NCBI GenBank assembly: GCA_958009085.1
Contig: OY253683.1
Coordinates: 868,001-932,000 of the forward strand
DNA from: Protoeuglena noctilucae
Lineage: Eukaryota
Length of the DNA stretch: 64,000 nucleotides
Direction of reading: 5' to 3'
Below the pieces are notes generated by a model that was given only the letters and a program-made list of their open reading frames with translations, was not told the DNA's origin and did no database searches. Position numbers and translations under genes: made by a program. This document shows positions 47,889-61,200 of the stretch, piece by piece. Positions within the stretch are counted from its first letter, which is position 1. Each line of letters opens with the position of its first letter.

Positions 47889-50425
47889 CTACCCCCGCTT
47901 CCCCCTCCCCCCCCTCTCCCTCCTCCGCTTCCCCTCCTTCACCGCACCCCCCAGCCCACCCACGCTCTCACCCCCCACCACCTTCCCCAACGTCGCACCA
48001 AATGACTCATTACCATTCCCACTATCTCCATCATCTCTTGCATTCCCACCCCCTGCATTGTCACCCTCCCCCCTCCCTCGCCCCTCCATTGCCACCACTT
48101 TTGCCTTTGCCACCCCCTCACCACCTCCCGTCACACCTCTCCACACCACCGCCCCCTCCTCACCCCCACCACCCTCGCCCCCCATCTCCACATCCCCATC
48201 TTCACTACCATTTTCTTCCTCACTCATGGCCTCCGATGTAGTGTCACTCGACTCCCCATCCCCCTCCTGAGCATCACCGCCCACCGCCAAACCACCCGCC
48301 ACCCTCCCCACCCCGCCCACCACCCCATTTCCCTCCCCCACCCCCTTAGCCGCCATCCCCACCCCATCTAGTTCAGTCTTCCCCACATTGCTACCCCCCA
48401 CATGCCTCCGCACACGCGCTTGCACCCTCGCCACCTTGTGAGCCGCCACTGCCTTGGAAAGCAGACCTGCCATCTCCTCAGCTTTCGTGGATGCGACTCT
48501 GCGGGTGTGGATCATAGGGGGCATATTTGGAGTTGGAGATGGAAGCATAGCAAATTAGATCACATGCATCCATGTCACCTCACCACCGCACTCCGCACTC
48601 CAACGGACGCACCCCATGCCAGCACATCTAGCCATCTCACCCCAACAGATGTCATTACATCCCACCAATCTCACCTCAAACACCGCATGACCTCCGCCGT
48701 GGGCACCCCCACTGTTCTCACCCCAACAGATTCCACTATAAAGCATGCGATGAGTGCCATCCCATCTACCGCCCGCAATATCTCACCTCAGGCACCGCAT
48801 GACCTCCGCCGTGGGCACCCCGGCCCTCCCCCTCTTGTCCACTGCGCACACCTCCCTCTGCCCATTCACGACGGCTGTGATGTACCCCTCTGCCGCCGCC
48901 TCCTCTGCCAAAGTGGGGTCCACGGCCACGTGACGGCCGCGGTCGAAGAGGGCGACCGTGACGCTGATCTGGGAAGGGAAGGGAGATGGGTTGGTATATA
49001 TGAGTGATATGAGTGATACGTATGAGTGGTTTGGACAATGCTGGGGAGAATGGAAGAGGGCGATCGTGACGCTGATGTGGGAAGGGAAGGGAGATGGGTT
49101 GGTATATATGAGTGATATGAGTGATACGTATGAGTGGTTTGGACAATGCTGGGGAGAATGGAAGAGGGCAATCGTGACGCTGATGTGGGGGGAGAGGGAG
49201 AGGGTTGAGAGAGTGAGGGGAGGTGGGTGTTGGAGTGTCGGATGGTCAGCGACACTGCAACACTGCTTATCACACACTCACTGGCATGTGGTGGATGGTC
49301 AGCGGCACGGGCTCCCTCTCCTTCGGGTCCACCACCCGCACCTCCCTTCCCCCGTCACCCCCCACCTCCACCTCCGGGCGACTGCGGGGGAGAGGGGGCG
49401 TGCATTAGAGATGATAGCATGTAAGGGGAATGGAATGGGACACAGTCACATGCATGGCAGATGAGCTGAAACAAGACTGTATCCATTGAACATGGAAGCA
49501 TGCAATGCCACTCTCACCGGAACGCCAGCAGCCCCGCCAGGCACGACAGCATGCACGCGTCTGCCAGGTTGCCACCATTGTCCAAAGCATGGATGTCGAC
49601 ACGCAAGGACCACACGCGACGGCCGGCCACCACACTGGGGGAGAGAGGGTGGAGGAGAGGGGGCATGGATGGATCAGCAGCAATGGGGGTGTGACGCTCG
49701 TCATCCCTCTCCATATGAGGTGATGCCCCTCTCTCTCATCTATGCATTCTGCTTACACGCATCTCATCCCTCTGCATGAGCCGCTGGACCCTCACCACAG
49801 CGCCTCCAGGTCCAGCGCCCGCGACTCCTTGATGCCACGCTCTACCGCACGCGCCACACGCGTCGCTGCCTCCCCGGGGGCACCCGCATCGAACTCGTCC
49901 CCGGCCATGGGCCCAAACTCGACGTTGAACGACACCATCCCCTGCGCGCGGCAGCCGGGGGCGCGTGTTTCGCTCATGCAAATTCACGGGGCTCATGCGC
50001 GCTCCCCGGACACTCAATAGGCCATCAGAAACCTGCGGGAGGATGATATACACTATATGTTCCTGATGACCAGCGCCTTTGCGCCCCTCGTCACCTCGGA
50101 GGGCCGGTCGGAGAAGGGCTGCACGAGCTCCGCCGTGACGACCGTCACCACGCGCGTGGCGCCCAGCGTGACCTCCGCTGCGGTGCGCGGGGGCAACAAA
50201 CGATGTCTGTGACATCACCGGAGAGCCCTAGCGTGGAAGCGCGCCTGCGAAACGCGCGGGAGGGCCGGGAACAATGCGCAGGCGCTCACCCGAGGCATCG
50301 TCGAGGCCCAGGCGGATGTCCAGCGTGCGGAAGTCGAACGGCGACCTCCCGTCTGCCCGGATGCCCTGTCGCAGGGCCTCCACGACGAACTCGCGCTCGT
50401 TCGTGGACACGACCGGGCCGCCCAT
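47889..50425 (-). CDS. RRP45: Exosome complex RNase PH-like subunit RRP45/EXOSC9, multi-exon (3' end approximate)
   Basis: NEREFVVEAL..GIRADGR, PFSDRPSEG, ESRALDLEAL, VWSLRVDIHALDNGGNLADA, LAFRRPEV, EREPVPLTIHHMP, VDPTLAEE. Confidence 0.92.
48945..49185. repeat. 108-bp tandem repeat spanning an RRP45 acceptor site
   Basis: GAAGAGGGC recurs at 48945, 49053 and 49161. Confidence 0.95.
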
Positions 50426-50770
50426 CTCCGCACCCGCAGCAGCCGCGCGACTGGACGGTGCGCCGTCGATCCAGGAGACCTAAACAGACGCGATCTACGC
50501 GTGTGCATGAGCGAAGCAGGGCGAGGCGAACGCGAGAAGGCGGACGGCGACACTGACGCAGGCGACGGCCGTCTGTCGCGTGTCGGGCGGCGCTGACTCG
50601 CTTCCTCAGCGCCAGCCCTTCTCGCCGTTGCGTCATCTCATCACGTGTTTCCCTGCCACGCATCCCCGCCACGTATACCTCGCCGGTAGCGTCTCCCGTC
50701 GTCCCTTTTCTGCTGCTAACCGAAGCGTGCCGCGCCGCGCCACTCCGGCGCTCCCCGGGCGACCGCTGCC

Positions 50771-52158
50771 ATGTCGCAGTTTCGTAATTTTGCATACGCG
50801 CCTAGCTGCGCACGCGTCGCACCTCGCCACGCCCCCCGGCCGCTGCATCCCCGCGCGCCCTGCGCCCCTGCCCGTATGCTCGTCGCCGCCCGCGCGGCTG
50901 AGGACGGCGGCGAGTCGGACTCGCTGTTGGCTTCGCGCATCGCCACGCTCGAGTCCTGGCAGCTCCGGCGCCTCAAGCAGGCCCACTTCCTGGGCAAGCA
51001 CCAACGCTCCATCAAGCAGCTGGCCGGCGACCTCAACATGGACAGGTGTGAGGGTGCAGCGACGAAGGGGAACCCTTCTTGGTACCAATCGGGGTCTTTA
51101 AATCCCTTGTAGGTTTGATGAACACCCTCTCTGGCCTTTGCAAGCCAAGTACTTTGGCGCCTCACGCAGCCCGCTTCCATGACCGCTGTCGATGCGCGCC
51201 CTCGGCATTGACCCACATTTTGCCATCCACCCATCCACGTGTGACACCGACCGTGTGACTCCCCTCCATCGCGCAGGGAGGACGTGATTGACTTTCTGCG
51301 GCAGTACGCGCGCCTGCCTGCGTCTCAATTGGAGTCTGAGAGAGAGGCTCTGGCGGCGGAGGAGGCGGCAAGGGCTGAGAGGAGGGAGGCGGTGGCCAGG
51401 GGGGCAGAGGGGGCAAGGTGAGTGTAGTGGCATAGGGGGTGAGAGGGGCACAGAGGGGGGCAGGCAAGTGCTGGCATTCGCAAGCCGTGGGGGTGCATGA
51501 GATTCAGTGTGCGTGTGCACGTGATTGTGAACGCACACTGCTGCTCCACAATCGGTCTCCCACTTCCTATTCCACTTGCTTGCAGGGAGGGCGGCGCAGG
51601 TGGGGGCGGTGCGCCTGCCCGCGCCACGTTTGCAGAGCTGAAGGAGGCGGGGCTGGTGGGGCGGCGACGTGTGACGGGCATGGTGGAACGCACCCTGGAG
51701 TCCGTCTACGAGGTGACAGTCGGATTACTACGGGGGTACTGGTGTCACTCTTGCTTGGTATGCTGTCAGCCCTGTCAGGCGTGTCACTTGGCTGGGGCTT
51801 CCTCGGTGCTTATCCTTCTGTTTTGCACCCTTTGCACCCACCCAGTACATAGCCATCATTCCATGTATACATTTCATCGTCACCCTTACCTCTACAGCAC
51901 CCTCACCCCTTTCTTCCCCTTGCATCGCAGAAGACTCCCTGGCCCTCGGATGAGGTGCTGAGCGGCGTGTATGACGTGCACAAGGTCCCCAGGAGGGATT
52001 TGATCGAGTGGTTCAAAGAGAGGAGGCAGCGGGATGGGGTGCGGGGGGGGAGGGGGGAGGGGCGGCGGTGGGTGGGTGGACGGGGGACGGGGCGGTGGGC
52101 GAGGCCGTGGTGGCAGGGGGGGGATCAGCAGTGCACGTGGCCGCGGGCGGGGCCGTAG
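50771..52158 (+). CDS. OCP3-like homeodomain-like (plastid) protein, multi-exon (3' end approximate)
   Basis: LESWQLRRLKQA...SIKQLAGDLNMDREDVIDFLR and TLESVYE|KTPWPS...VPRRDLIEWFKERR resemble plant OCP3. Confidence 0.7.
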
Positions 52159-52693
52159 CGGACGCGGGTCGGGCCGGGAGGGGATGGGGAGGCGCGAGGA
52201 GGGCGGGCGGTGGTGGGGGCCTGAGGGGTGGATGGACGACAAGACGTGGCTCGAGGGGCGGGGCTGACGGGGCTGACAGCAGGGCGCCAGTCCCTGGAGC
52301 GGACCGCAAACATGATGGAGGGCTTGAGTGTCTTTTGCGATAGCAGTTGCAGAGTGTGAACGCGGAGTTCGCACTGCCCGCCCCTGCTGTGCTAACGGGC
52401 TTGCCACGATGGCGCGGTGGGTGCAGACGAGCGTGGCGGAGAAGGTGTGACTGACCGTGAAGGCATCGGAAGCATGTTGTTCAAGCAAAGCGATGCAGGC
52501 TGAAAGCGGGCTTTCGATGAGGCACAAGGCACCTAACAAACACAAACTGATTTCGACTTTTCGGTCCCGTGCCGAGCCTGGGGCGCCCGAGGGCAAACGC
52601 TCAACGCATTTCTGCACAACTAAACTAAATTACTGCCACGCATTGCAGCGTTGTACGTGATCATGCCGCGAGTGCCCCAAAATCACCATTGGC

Positions 52694-53870
52694 ATGTTCA
52701 GTCATGAAACTTGGTCGCAGGCCGTCGGCCTTCTCGCCTACGCGTACTTCCAGTATGCGTTCGGAGCCCTCATCATGTTCGTCGGCAGCCTGACGTGCCG
52801 CTTCCCCTCACTCGCGGCGCGTCTGCCGTCGTTCATGACGCTGCACCGCGCCTGCGCGGACCCCGTGCTTGGCGGGAAGGGTTTCTCGTTCGAGGACGCG
52901 CTGATTAACATCGGCTTGTTCGCAGTCTTCGCGATCCAGGCGAGGGCTGCGGGTGCGGGTGCGGCTGCGGGTGCAGCTCGTTGTTGCTGCAGGGAAACAT
53001 CTTTTCCCGCGGAATCCGCAGCTGCCTGCACCGCTGCGACGCGTCAGAACGATACTGTCTCCTGTACCGCGTCCGCAGCACAACGTGATGGCGCGCGAGA
53101 GCTTCAAGCGGTCCCTCAAGTCGGTGCTCCCCGCCAGCGTCGAGCGCTCGCTCTTCATCATCCTGGCTTGCATCACCATCCACGCCCTCCTGCACTTCTG
53201 GCGGCCCATGACCGGGATCGTCTGGGCCCTCCCCGCCGCGCTGCACGGCCCCGTGTGGGCCTTGCACGCCGTCGGCTGGGCCATCGGCCTCATCAGCACG
53301 TTCGCCATCGACCACTGGGAGCTCGCGGGCCTGTCCACCGCTTTCGGCAAGCGGCCCGAGTCCAAGCTCGTCGTCCGGGGCTTCTACGCCGTGGTGAGCG
53401 CTCGCTGTGGCCGTCAGAGACAGCCAAGCTTCTTACTTGCACGCGACAGTGGTTGCGCCATCTTGGCAACATACGGTGCGACCATGCGCAGTCACAGTTA
53501 CCCCAACCACACCAGTAGCACCTCTCTTGTCTTATTCTCGTCCCAGGTGCGCCACCCCCTGCACCTGGGCAACCTCGTTGCCTTCTGGGCGGCCCCCGTC
53601 ATGACCCACGGCCGGCTGCTCCTCAGCGCCATCGCCACCGCCTGGGTCGTCTACACCGTCTACCAGCTCGAGGAGCCGGAGCTCGTCGACTCTTTGGGGA
53701 ACGAGTACCGCAAGTACCAGCAGGCGAGTTGCTGAGGAAAGCAGTGCAATCGCTACGATCGAAGAGGTGGCTGCCAAGGTAGTGGACCTTTCCATTCTCT
53801 GCAGGAGGTCCCCGCGCTCTGCCCCTTCTGGCCCATGTCGGGCGCCAAGTCCGCCAAGAAGAGGTACTAA
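52694..53870 (+). CDS. MddA/Nurim-like membrane methyltransferase (ICMT/PEMT superfamily), 4 exons
   Basis: FAIQ|HNVMAR, VERSLFI, FWRPM, STFAIDHWELAGL, VRHPLHLG, FWAAPVMTHGRLL, LEEPELVDSLGNEYRKYQQ|EVP. Confidence 0.85.
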
Positions 53871-54478
53871 ACAGGGATCGACCACGTCAGACCGCCTCAG
53901 TCAGCCGAGTCTGTCTTGGTATCCAAAGCCTTTTTTGAACCAGACACCTGCAATACTTGCTTTACGGTCCAATAACGCGCCCTGACGCTACGCTGTGCAC
54001 TAAGCCGCGCCCCGTGAGGACTACGGCAATGGGATAACCTGCACCGGCCCTCGTTCACCGCAAAGCAGTCGCGATTCCGTTCCGTTTTGTGTTCGCGTAC
54101 AAATAGACCGTTTTTGCAAGCAATCGGCCCCGGGACGTGCCGCGGACCCCCGCCGGGGCCGGTATGGGCCTCCGTGTGGGCCCAGCCTACGTGCCTCCCT
54201 GCGCGCCGTCCTGTTGCCATGCCGGGGCGCGCGCTCCGACGGGGCGTGACTTCTCTCGAACACGAAGACGCGATGGGGCATGGGAGGCTGCCGAATGGAC
54301 GCGCGGCGCGGGCCAGCGCCCTCGCTGGGTTGCGCGCGTGGCCAAGCCCGCCGGGCGCGCGGCAGCGACCGCGCCGGAGGACGCCGCGCCGCGTAGAGCT
54401 GCAATTAGTCCGTCCGCGGTGAAGAGCATCGACGACAGCAGCGACGGACGCAAGGACGCGGGGCGCTCGCGGAGCCGG

Positions 54479-57400
54479 ATGCCGTGGTGCGTGGCTCGTG
54501 CGCCGCGCGCAGCGAACCGCGGCTGCCTCGCCGCGCCGCGCTGCCCGTCGTCGCCTTGTATCCATCTCGAGCGACGCTTCGCGAGCCCGTTTCCGAGATG
54601 CACGCCCCCGACGCCCCCGCAGGCGCTCCACAAGCAACCAGGGCCCCGCGCGCGCGGGCACCGGTCCCCGCACGCCCCGCCCGCCGTCTCGCGACGAATC
54701 TTTGACATCGTCCGCGTCGCCTCCGCCCGACCCGCCGCCCTTCCGGGCCCCGCGCCGCGAGCTGTCGGAGGACGCAGCGGCCGCGGCGCAAATGCTCGTG
54801 GATGTGCTGGGGATGTCCAAGACCGAAGCCGAGGCAAGTTGCTTACATGCGTTATCTATATTGCCAGTCACATAGTTCACTTCGTCGGTCCGAGTCGACC
54901 CTTTCCGCACCGCCATTGGTCCCAGGACGTGCTGCAGCGTTCGGACGACAACGTGCTGAGCCACGGTTGGGTGTATAACTCCGAGGAGGTGCTGGGTCCT
55001 TTGTTGCGGACCCTTTTCGACCTCGGACTGACGCCCGACGAGGTCCGCCGGATGATCCTGGCCCAGCCCACATTGATACGGTGAGTGAGGGATGAGACGC
55101 GCATGCATGTGGGTCAGTGGGTGGGTGGGTGTTAGGTGGGTAAGTGAGTGCGATGAGTGAGTTGTCATGGCGTCGACTGGTGAGCAATTGTGGGGCTGGC
55201 GTCGCATGTGCTGTAATGGTCACCCCCTCATCAACTCACCCCCACCCCCACCCCCACTACCACCACCCACACCGCCACCTCACTCACCCTCACCCTCACC
55301 CCTCACACCACCCTCACCCCCACCCCCACTCCCACCCCCATCCACCCCTCACCCTCACCCCCCCACCCCACCCCCCCAGCCGCAAGCCCGACCTTGTGCC
55401 CTCCAAGGTGGCGGTCCTTTCATCCCTGGGCGTCCCCTCGTCCCGCATGGGACGCGTATTGGTCAAATGCCCCCAGCTTTTGAATCTCTCCACCGACACC
55501 GTCACACAGGCGGCCGAGTGGATGCGGGTGCAGGCGGGCATGACCCCCTCGCAGGTGCAGCGGGTGGTGACGGCCATGCCACGCGCGCTCACCTACTCCA
55601 TCCCCGATAACCTCGAGGCCAAGAGGATGCTGCTCACGCAACTGGGTGAGGGAGATGGGTGGTTATATGGCTGTTTGGGGTTCTTTTTGTTGTTGGAATG
55701 GTTTGGTTGTGGTTGTCTGAGGCAGGGTTGCGTTGAGGGATGGCTGGTGGCGAATGGCAGCTGGGTGATGGGCACAGCTGCACCTACCCTTGCAGCCGTA
55801 CCCACACCCACACTCATCCCTCTCCCTCCCTTCCCCCCCAGGCTGGTCCAAAGACGACGTGACCCGCACCCTCGCCCGCTTCCCCCAAATCATGGGGCTG
55901 TCTCCATTGAACATCGTGGGGCAAGTGCTGCACCTGCAGCGATGGGGGCTGAGGCCAGACGAGGCTGCCACCATGCTTAAGGAGTACCCATGCCTGTTCG
56001 GGTACCGGTGAGGGCGGGGCGGATGTAATGGGGTTTACTGATAGTGCTATCTATCAAGGTTACTGATAGTGCTATCTATCAATACCCGTGCCTGTTTGGA
56101 CGACAAGGCTGTGGTAATGCGATCCATACACAGTCACGCAACATGCCAGTATTGCATACAATAATAATACAATAACTCTATAATACTTACTTCTCTCTCC
56201 CCCCACTCCCAGCCGCTGCGTGCTGGACGTGAAAGCGGTGGTGCTCCGCTCCATGCTGGGACTCCCCTTCACCTCCGCCCTCCGCTTCCCCACCTACTTC
56301 GGATACGCCACCGACAAGCGCGTGCTGCCGCGAGTCGCCTTTTCAAATCACATCGTGGGGAAGGGGCCGATTGACGTGGACCCTGCGTGGGAGGCGCTGG
56401 CGTGGCCGCCCCCGGCCACCGACGCTGCCGTTGCCAGGCTCACAGGTGAGAGGAAAGGGGGGCATGTAGATATAGAGGCTGCAATTGGTTTGGTTGTTCA
56501 GTCGTCAATTACGGCTGGTTTGTTGTTACTTGGATCTGCCGCCCCCGGCCACCGACGCTGCTGTGGCCAGGCTCACAGGCGAGGAGGGGAGGTGGATGGG
56601 GTTTGGTGAAGTATGTAGATGTAGATGTAGATGAAGAGGTTGCAATTGACTGTTCAGCTGTTGGGATTGGTTGTTCAGTCGTTTACAAGGGGTTGTTGTT
56701 ACTTGGTTTAGATTAAAAATGTGACCTGGCATTCCAAACACCCCCACATTGCACCCTTTTCACCCACACCCCCACCACTACCTCCGCAGACATGCCCACC
56801 CGCACCGCACACACACACACACACACACACCACCCCACACCTCTCACCCACCCCCAACCCACCCCCTCCCCGCAGACATGCTCACCCGCGCCACCACCGC
56901 CCCCGGCGCCTACCTCCCCACCCTCGCCCCATCCACGCCCCTCCGCCCCATCGCAAATGACGAGGATGATGATGACGATAACGACGATGCGTGGTCGTGT
57001 TTGCTAGACCCCTACCATCTCAGCCCCAGCCCCAGCCCCAGCCCCAGCCCCAGCCACGCCCGCCCGCCCTCCCCGCAACCGCAAACGATGCCGACACAGC
57101 TGCCACTGCCACTGCCACCCCACGCATTCACCCATAATCCATCACGCCCCCCGCCCCTATCCACCCCGCACACCCGCTCGCGCACCCCCACTTCCCGCGT
57201 TGTGATGGATGCGCCTATGGGGCGAGGGTGGGCGGCGCAGGGTGGATTGCAAAGCCGCGGGAGGGGTGCGGAGGGGGCGGGGGAGGGGTTGGGCGCGTAC
57301 GCGGGGTTGCCGGATGCATTGGTTGTGAGGGCGCAGGGGGTGCGGCGGCCGGGGGGGGTGGAGGAGGTGCCGTTTGGGGAGGTGAGGGGGTTGGGGAGGG

Positions 57401-57794
57401 GGGAAATGTGGGATAAGTGAAGATGTGTGCATTGGGGAAGTGGGTGTGTCACTCTCACCCTGCCGCTTACCAGCTCTGCCACCCACACCTGTTCCCCCTC
57501 TCACCCGGTCATCCACCCCCATCTCACCCTCTTCCCACTCACCTCCTCTCTCACCACCCCACTCACCCCCCCCCCCCCCTCACCCACCTCCCCCAGACCG
57601 GCCTCGACTTCGGATCTTTCGGCACATGGCTCACCCCCCCCGACGATGTCTTCCTGGAGAGACTTTCGAAAACGACCGTGCAGCCCGTGTCTCGGCAGGC
57701 ATTCTGGCAGTTTCGCGAGGCGTGGGTGGCGCGCAATGGGCCGGTGCTGCGGTGGTGGCAGAGGGAGTGGGACAGGGCGGACGCGGGGGAATGA
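54479..57794 (+). CDS. mTERF-repeat organellar protein, multi-exon (start approximate)
   Basis: LGLTPDEVRRMILAQPTL, RVLVKCPQLLNLS, MPRALTYSIPDNLEAK, RFPQIMGLS, FPTYFGYATDKRVLPR, DDVFLER. Confidence 0.85.
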
Positions 57795-58231
57795 GTATAT
57801 TGGGAGTGGAGTTACTTAGGGGGAGTGTTCGGGTGTTTGGATGGGGGGGTTGTTGGTGGGGGATGAGGGAGTGGGACAGGGCGGACGCGGGGGAGTGAGT
57901 GCTGAGGGGGAGTGGAGGTTCATTTGAAAAGGGGGTGTTGAGTGAGGGGAGAGTGAGGGGGGGGTTGTTTGTGAGGGGGTGGGATGAAGCGGATGTGGGG
58001 GAGTGAGGGCATGCTTGTTGCTCTTTGTTTGAAATTCGAGACACGTGCTCCGATACGTTTGAAATGCTGCAAAAGAGGCGTTGCCTTGGATCTTTGCATC
58101 GCACAGCCTGGGGAATCACCCACGCATCACGGTTGAGCGATGCGCCCATCGCCGCGCTCCCAACCACGTCCCCCGCATTCAATCACTCCCTCCCCAACTA
58201 ATCATAACTCTCTCTCTTCTCTTCATTCTCA

Positions 58232-61200
58232 TCACCCATTCCCCGCACCCGACCCCTCCTCCTGGATGGCTGGCAGGTCGGGGGGCTGACGCGAGGCGCG
58301 GAGACTGGCGGACGTCTCGAGCGTGGCTGCGAGGAGAGGGGGGAGAGAGAGACGAGTGGTGATAAGAGTAATGGAAATGAGGGTGATTGGGTGGCATGAC
58401 AGCACCATTACCCATGCCCCATGCTCACCCTCCAAAGCCCCCCTGCTGCTCAAGTCCACGCATGCATGCCCCAACAGTACATCGACACGTCATCATTGCC
58501 CACTATCAATATCAACATACCACTCACCCTCCGACTCTCCCCCGCTGCTGAGTTCCGAGTCCGCTGCCGAGGGACGCGTCTCCAGGAAGCTGGGCACGTG
58601 GCTGGGATAAGACGCGCCGGGGGACTGGGGGGGAGGATGGGACAGGGAAAGAGATGTTTAATATCAACCATACTGATGTTATTAATGTGATGCTGTATCA
58701 CTGTGTGACGGACTATGCACCCTCTCCCCCCCCCCCCAAGCCATGCGTCTCCTCACAGCCACTGTTTGTCACCCCCACTCTCACAACCTTCCCCGTGTCA
58801 ATCCCCACCGCCAGCTCCTCACCTTTTCACTCTCCGACTCCCCCCCACCCTCCGACACCCCCCTCCCCCGCCCGCTCCCGCGCTTCCCACCCCGCCCCTC
58901 CCCCTCGCCCCCGGACCCCCCATCCCCCCTTGCAGCGGCCTCCAATGCCCTCTCCGCCTTTTCCAATTCGCTATCCTCCGTACCAGCCCACGAGGTTTCA
59001 GTAACTAAACCCCTCGCACCGCCCCCGCGCCCCCCTTCGCCCCCCCGCCACCGCCCCTCGCTGTTGACTCCGTTGTTGTCCTTTGCGCCGTTGCCGGGGC
59101 GGTGCCTGGCGTTGAGGCCCAAAGAGTGGGGGCGCTGGAAGGCCTCGGGCGGCACTTGGCCCTTTAACTGGGGCGGGAGTAAGGGAGGTGGGTAGATTAG
59201 AATTAGTTAGTACTACTAGTTAGTGCTGTTGATGGAAGCTGTCTCAATGGAGAGGCACTGGCGGTGTTTACAATATCAATACAGTCAATCATGTCTCAGA
59301 TGCAAGGGCAGTCACCCATTTCACTCCCTCACTCATCCAACACACACCCCCATGAACCACTCTCACCTGCGCCATGACCCCCAGGTCCCCCATGCGCACG
59401 GCGATGTACTTGAGCATCTCCCAGATGTCCTCGTCTTTATTCCCCCAGTCGAGCACCTGCCCCCGCATCTTAGGCAGGCGCTGGAAGAGGTGCGTGATTG
59501 CATTACGCGCCTCGGCCAACACCTCACGACGGTCCTTGGTGGCCTGGGGGGGGGGGGGTGTGGATGGGTGGTGATGTTTGATAACGATGATACTTGATGG
59601 TGAGGGGTTAAATGGATGGTGATGTTAGTTTGATAACGATGATACTTGATGATGTAGGGATGGGGGAGGGAGAGCATGGGGTTGGTGGGTGTGGAAGAGT
59701 GGGATGGGCCGGTGGTTGCGGTGATGGGTGCAGTACCCAACTCACTCCCTCTCATTCCTTTACACCTCCCCGCGCATCCATTCATATCTCTGCTCCTCCG
59801 CACACACTCCCCCTAAACCACCCTTGCCTGTATGCGCGCCTCGACCGCCTGCGTGAGCGCCCCCTCCCTCCCCTCCAAGTCACTCTGCGTCTTCTGCCTC
59901 TCCCCCAACAGTTGCGTCTGCGTGACCAGTCTAGTCGTCGCTCTCTCCCCCTCGTCCTGGATGCTCCTACGCATCTGCTCCAGCCGGGCCATCGCGCGGT
60001 CCAGGCGGCGCTTCAGCTGTGAACGCGTGTCGACCAATGTCTGTGGGTGGCGAGAGGGGTGGTGGTGGTGGTGGGTGGGAGCGGGTGGCTGAGCTAACTG
60101 CGCGTGTCGACCAATGTCTGTGGATGGGGGGTAAGAGAGGGAGGGGTGGTGGTTGTGGTTGAGAGTGGCAGTGGGCTGCACTGATGCTGGGATCGCAACG
60201 CCGCTGGTCACCCATCGCCAGTCGCCAGTCACCACCCGTCGCATGGCAGCAGCGTCACAGTTGCACCCTCATGCTGGCGTGGCCACTCCCTCTTCGTCAA
60301 ACGCCGCTGTTCACCTCTAAGTCATACCACACTATCTTCACTCATCAAGTCACCTGGAACCTGCGTATCATATCCGTGGGGTCCTCGAATTCCGAGTACT
60401 TGGTCAGGCACGTGTCGACGAAGGACGAGTAGCCCTCGTGCTTGCGGATCTCCACCAGGAAACCCGCGCGGCGACGCATCAACATCTGCAGTTAATGTAA
60501 CGAATGCGAGAACGGGGTCAGAGCTGGGAAGCGATGACTAACGGTTGATGTGCATGTGTTGAGGTCTTGACTCATATAAACTACTCATATCATCAAATCA
60601 GTCATTGCTTATCATATCCATCATATTCACCCCGTTCCACTCGCCTCCAGCTCGTCGTGCAGCCCGCTGATCTGGTCGTCCAGCGCCACGTTCTCGGCCG
60701 CCAGCTCGGAGGCGCGCTTGAGCATCCCGGCGCGCTTGCTGTCGTTGTCGCGCACGAACTGCTCGAACTGCTGCATCAAGTTCTGAAGACGCTCCTCCTT
60801 CTCCTTCTGCGGACGGGGCCGGCGCAGCGAAGCGAATGAGCGCGAATAAATGAGCGATAGCCTCGACACTGTGTGCCCGCTCGAGCGCGCTCCCGCGGGA
60901 CCGAGAGCGCTCGCTGCTTGACCCTGTGTCTTTATATTGCTATGCTGTGCATCTACGACCCGCAACTCGCCTGCAATCGCTCCAGGCGCTCGCATTTGCG
61001 CATCCGCTTGACGAACTCCTTCCGCTTGTCGTCCAGCAAGCGCTCCAGATGCTCCAACTGCCGCTGCTTCTGCATCAACACCGTCGTCTGGCTGCTGAAG
61101 CCGCCCGCTGCGGGAGAGGGGACGGGGGGCGCTGGTGCGGCGCCGCATGTGGGGCAGGGAGGGACCGCCACGCGCGCCGCGCGCTGGGCCAGCCCATGCG

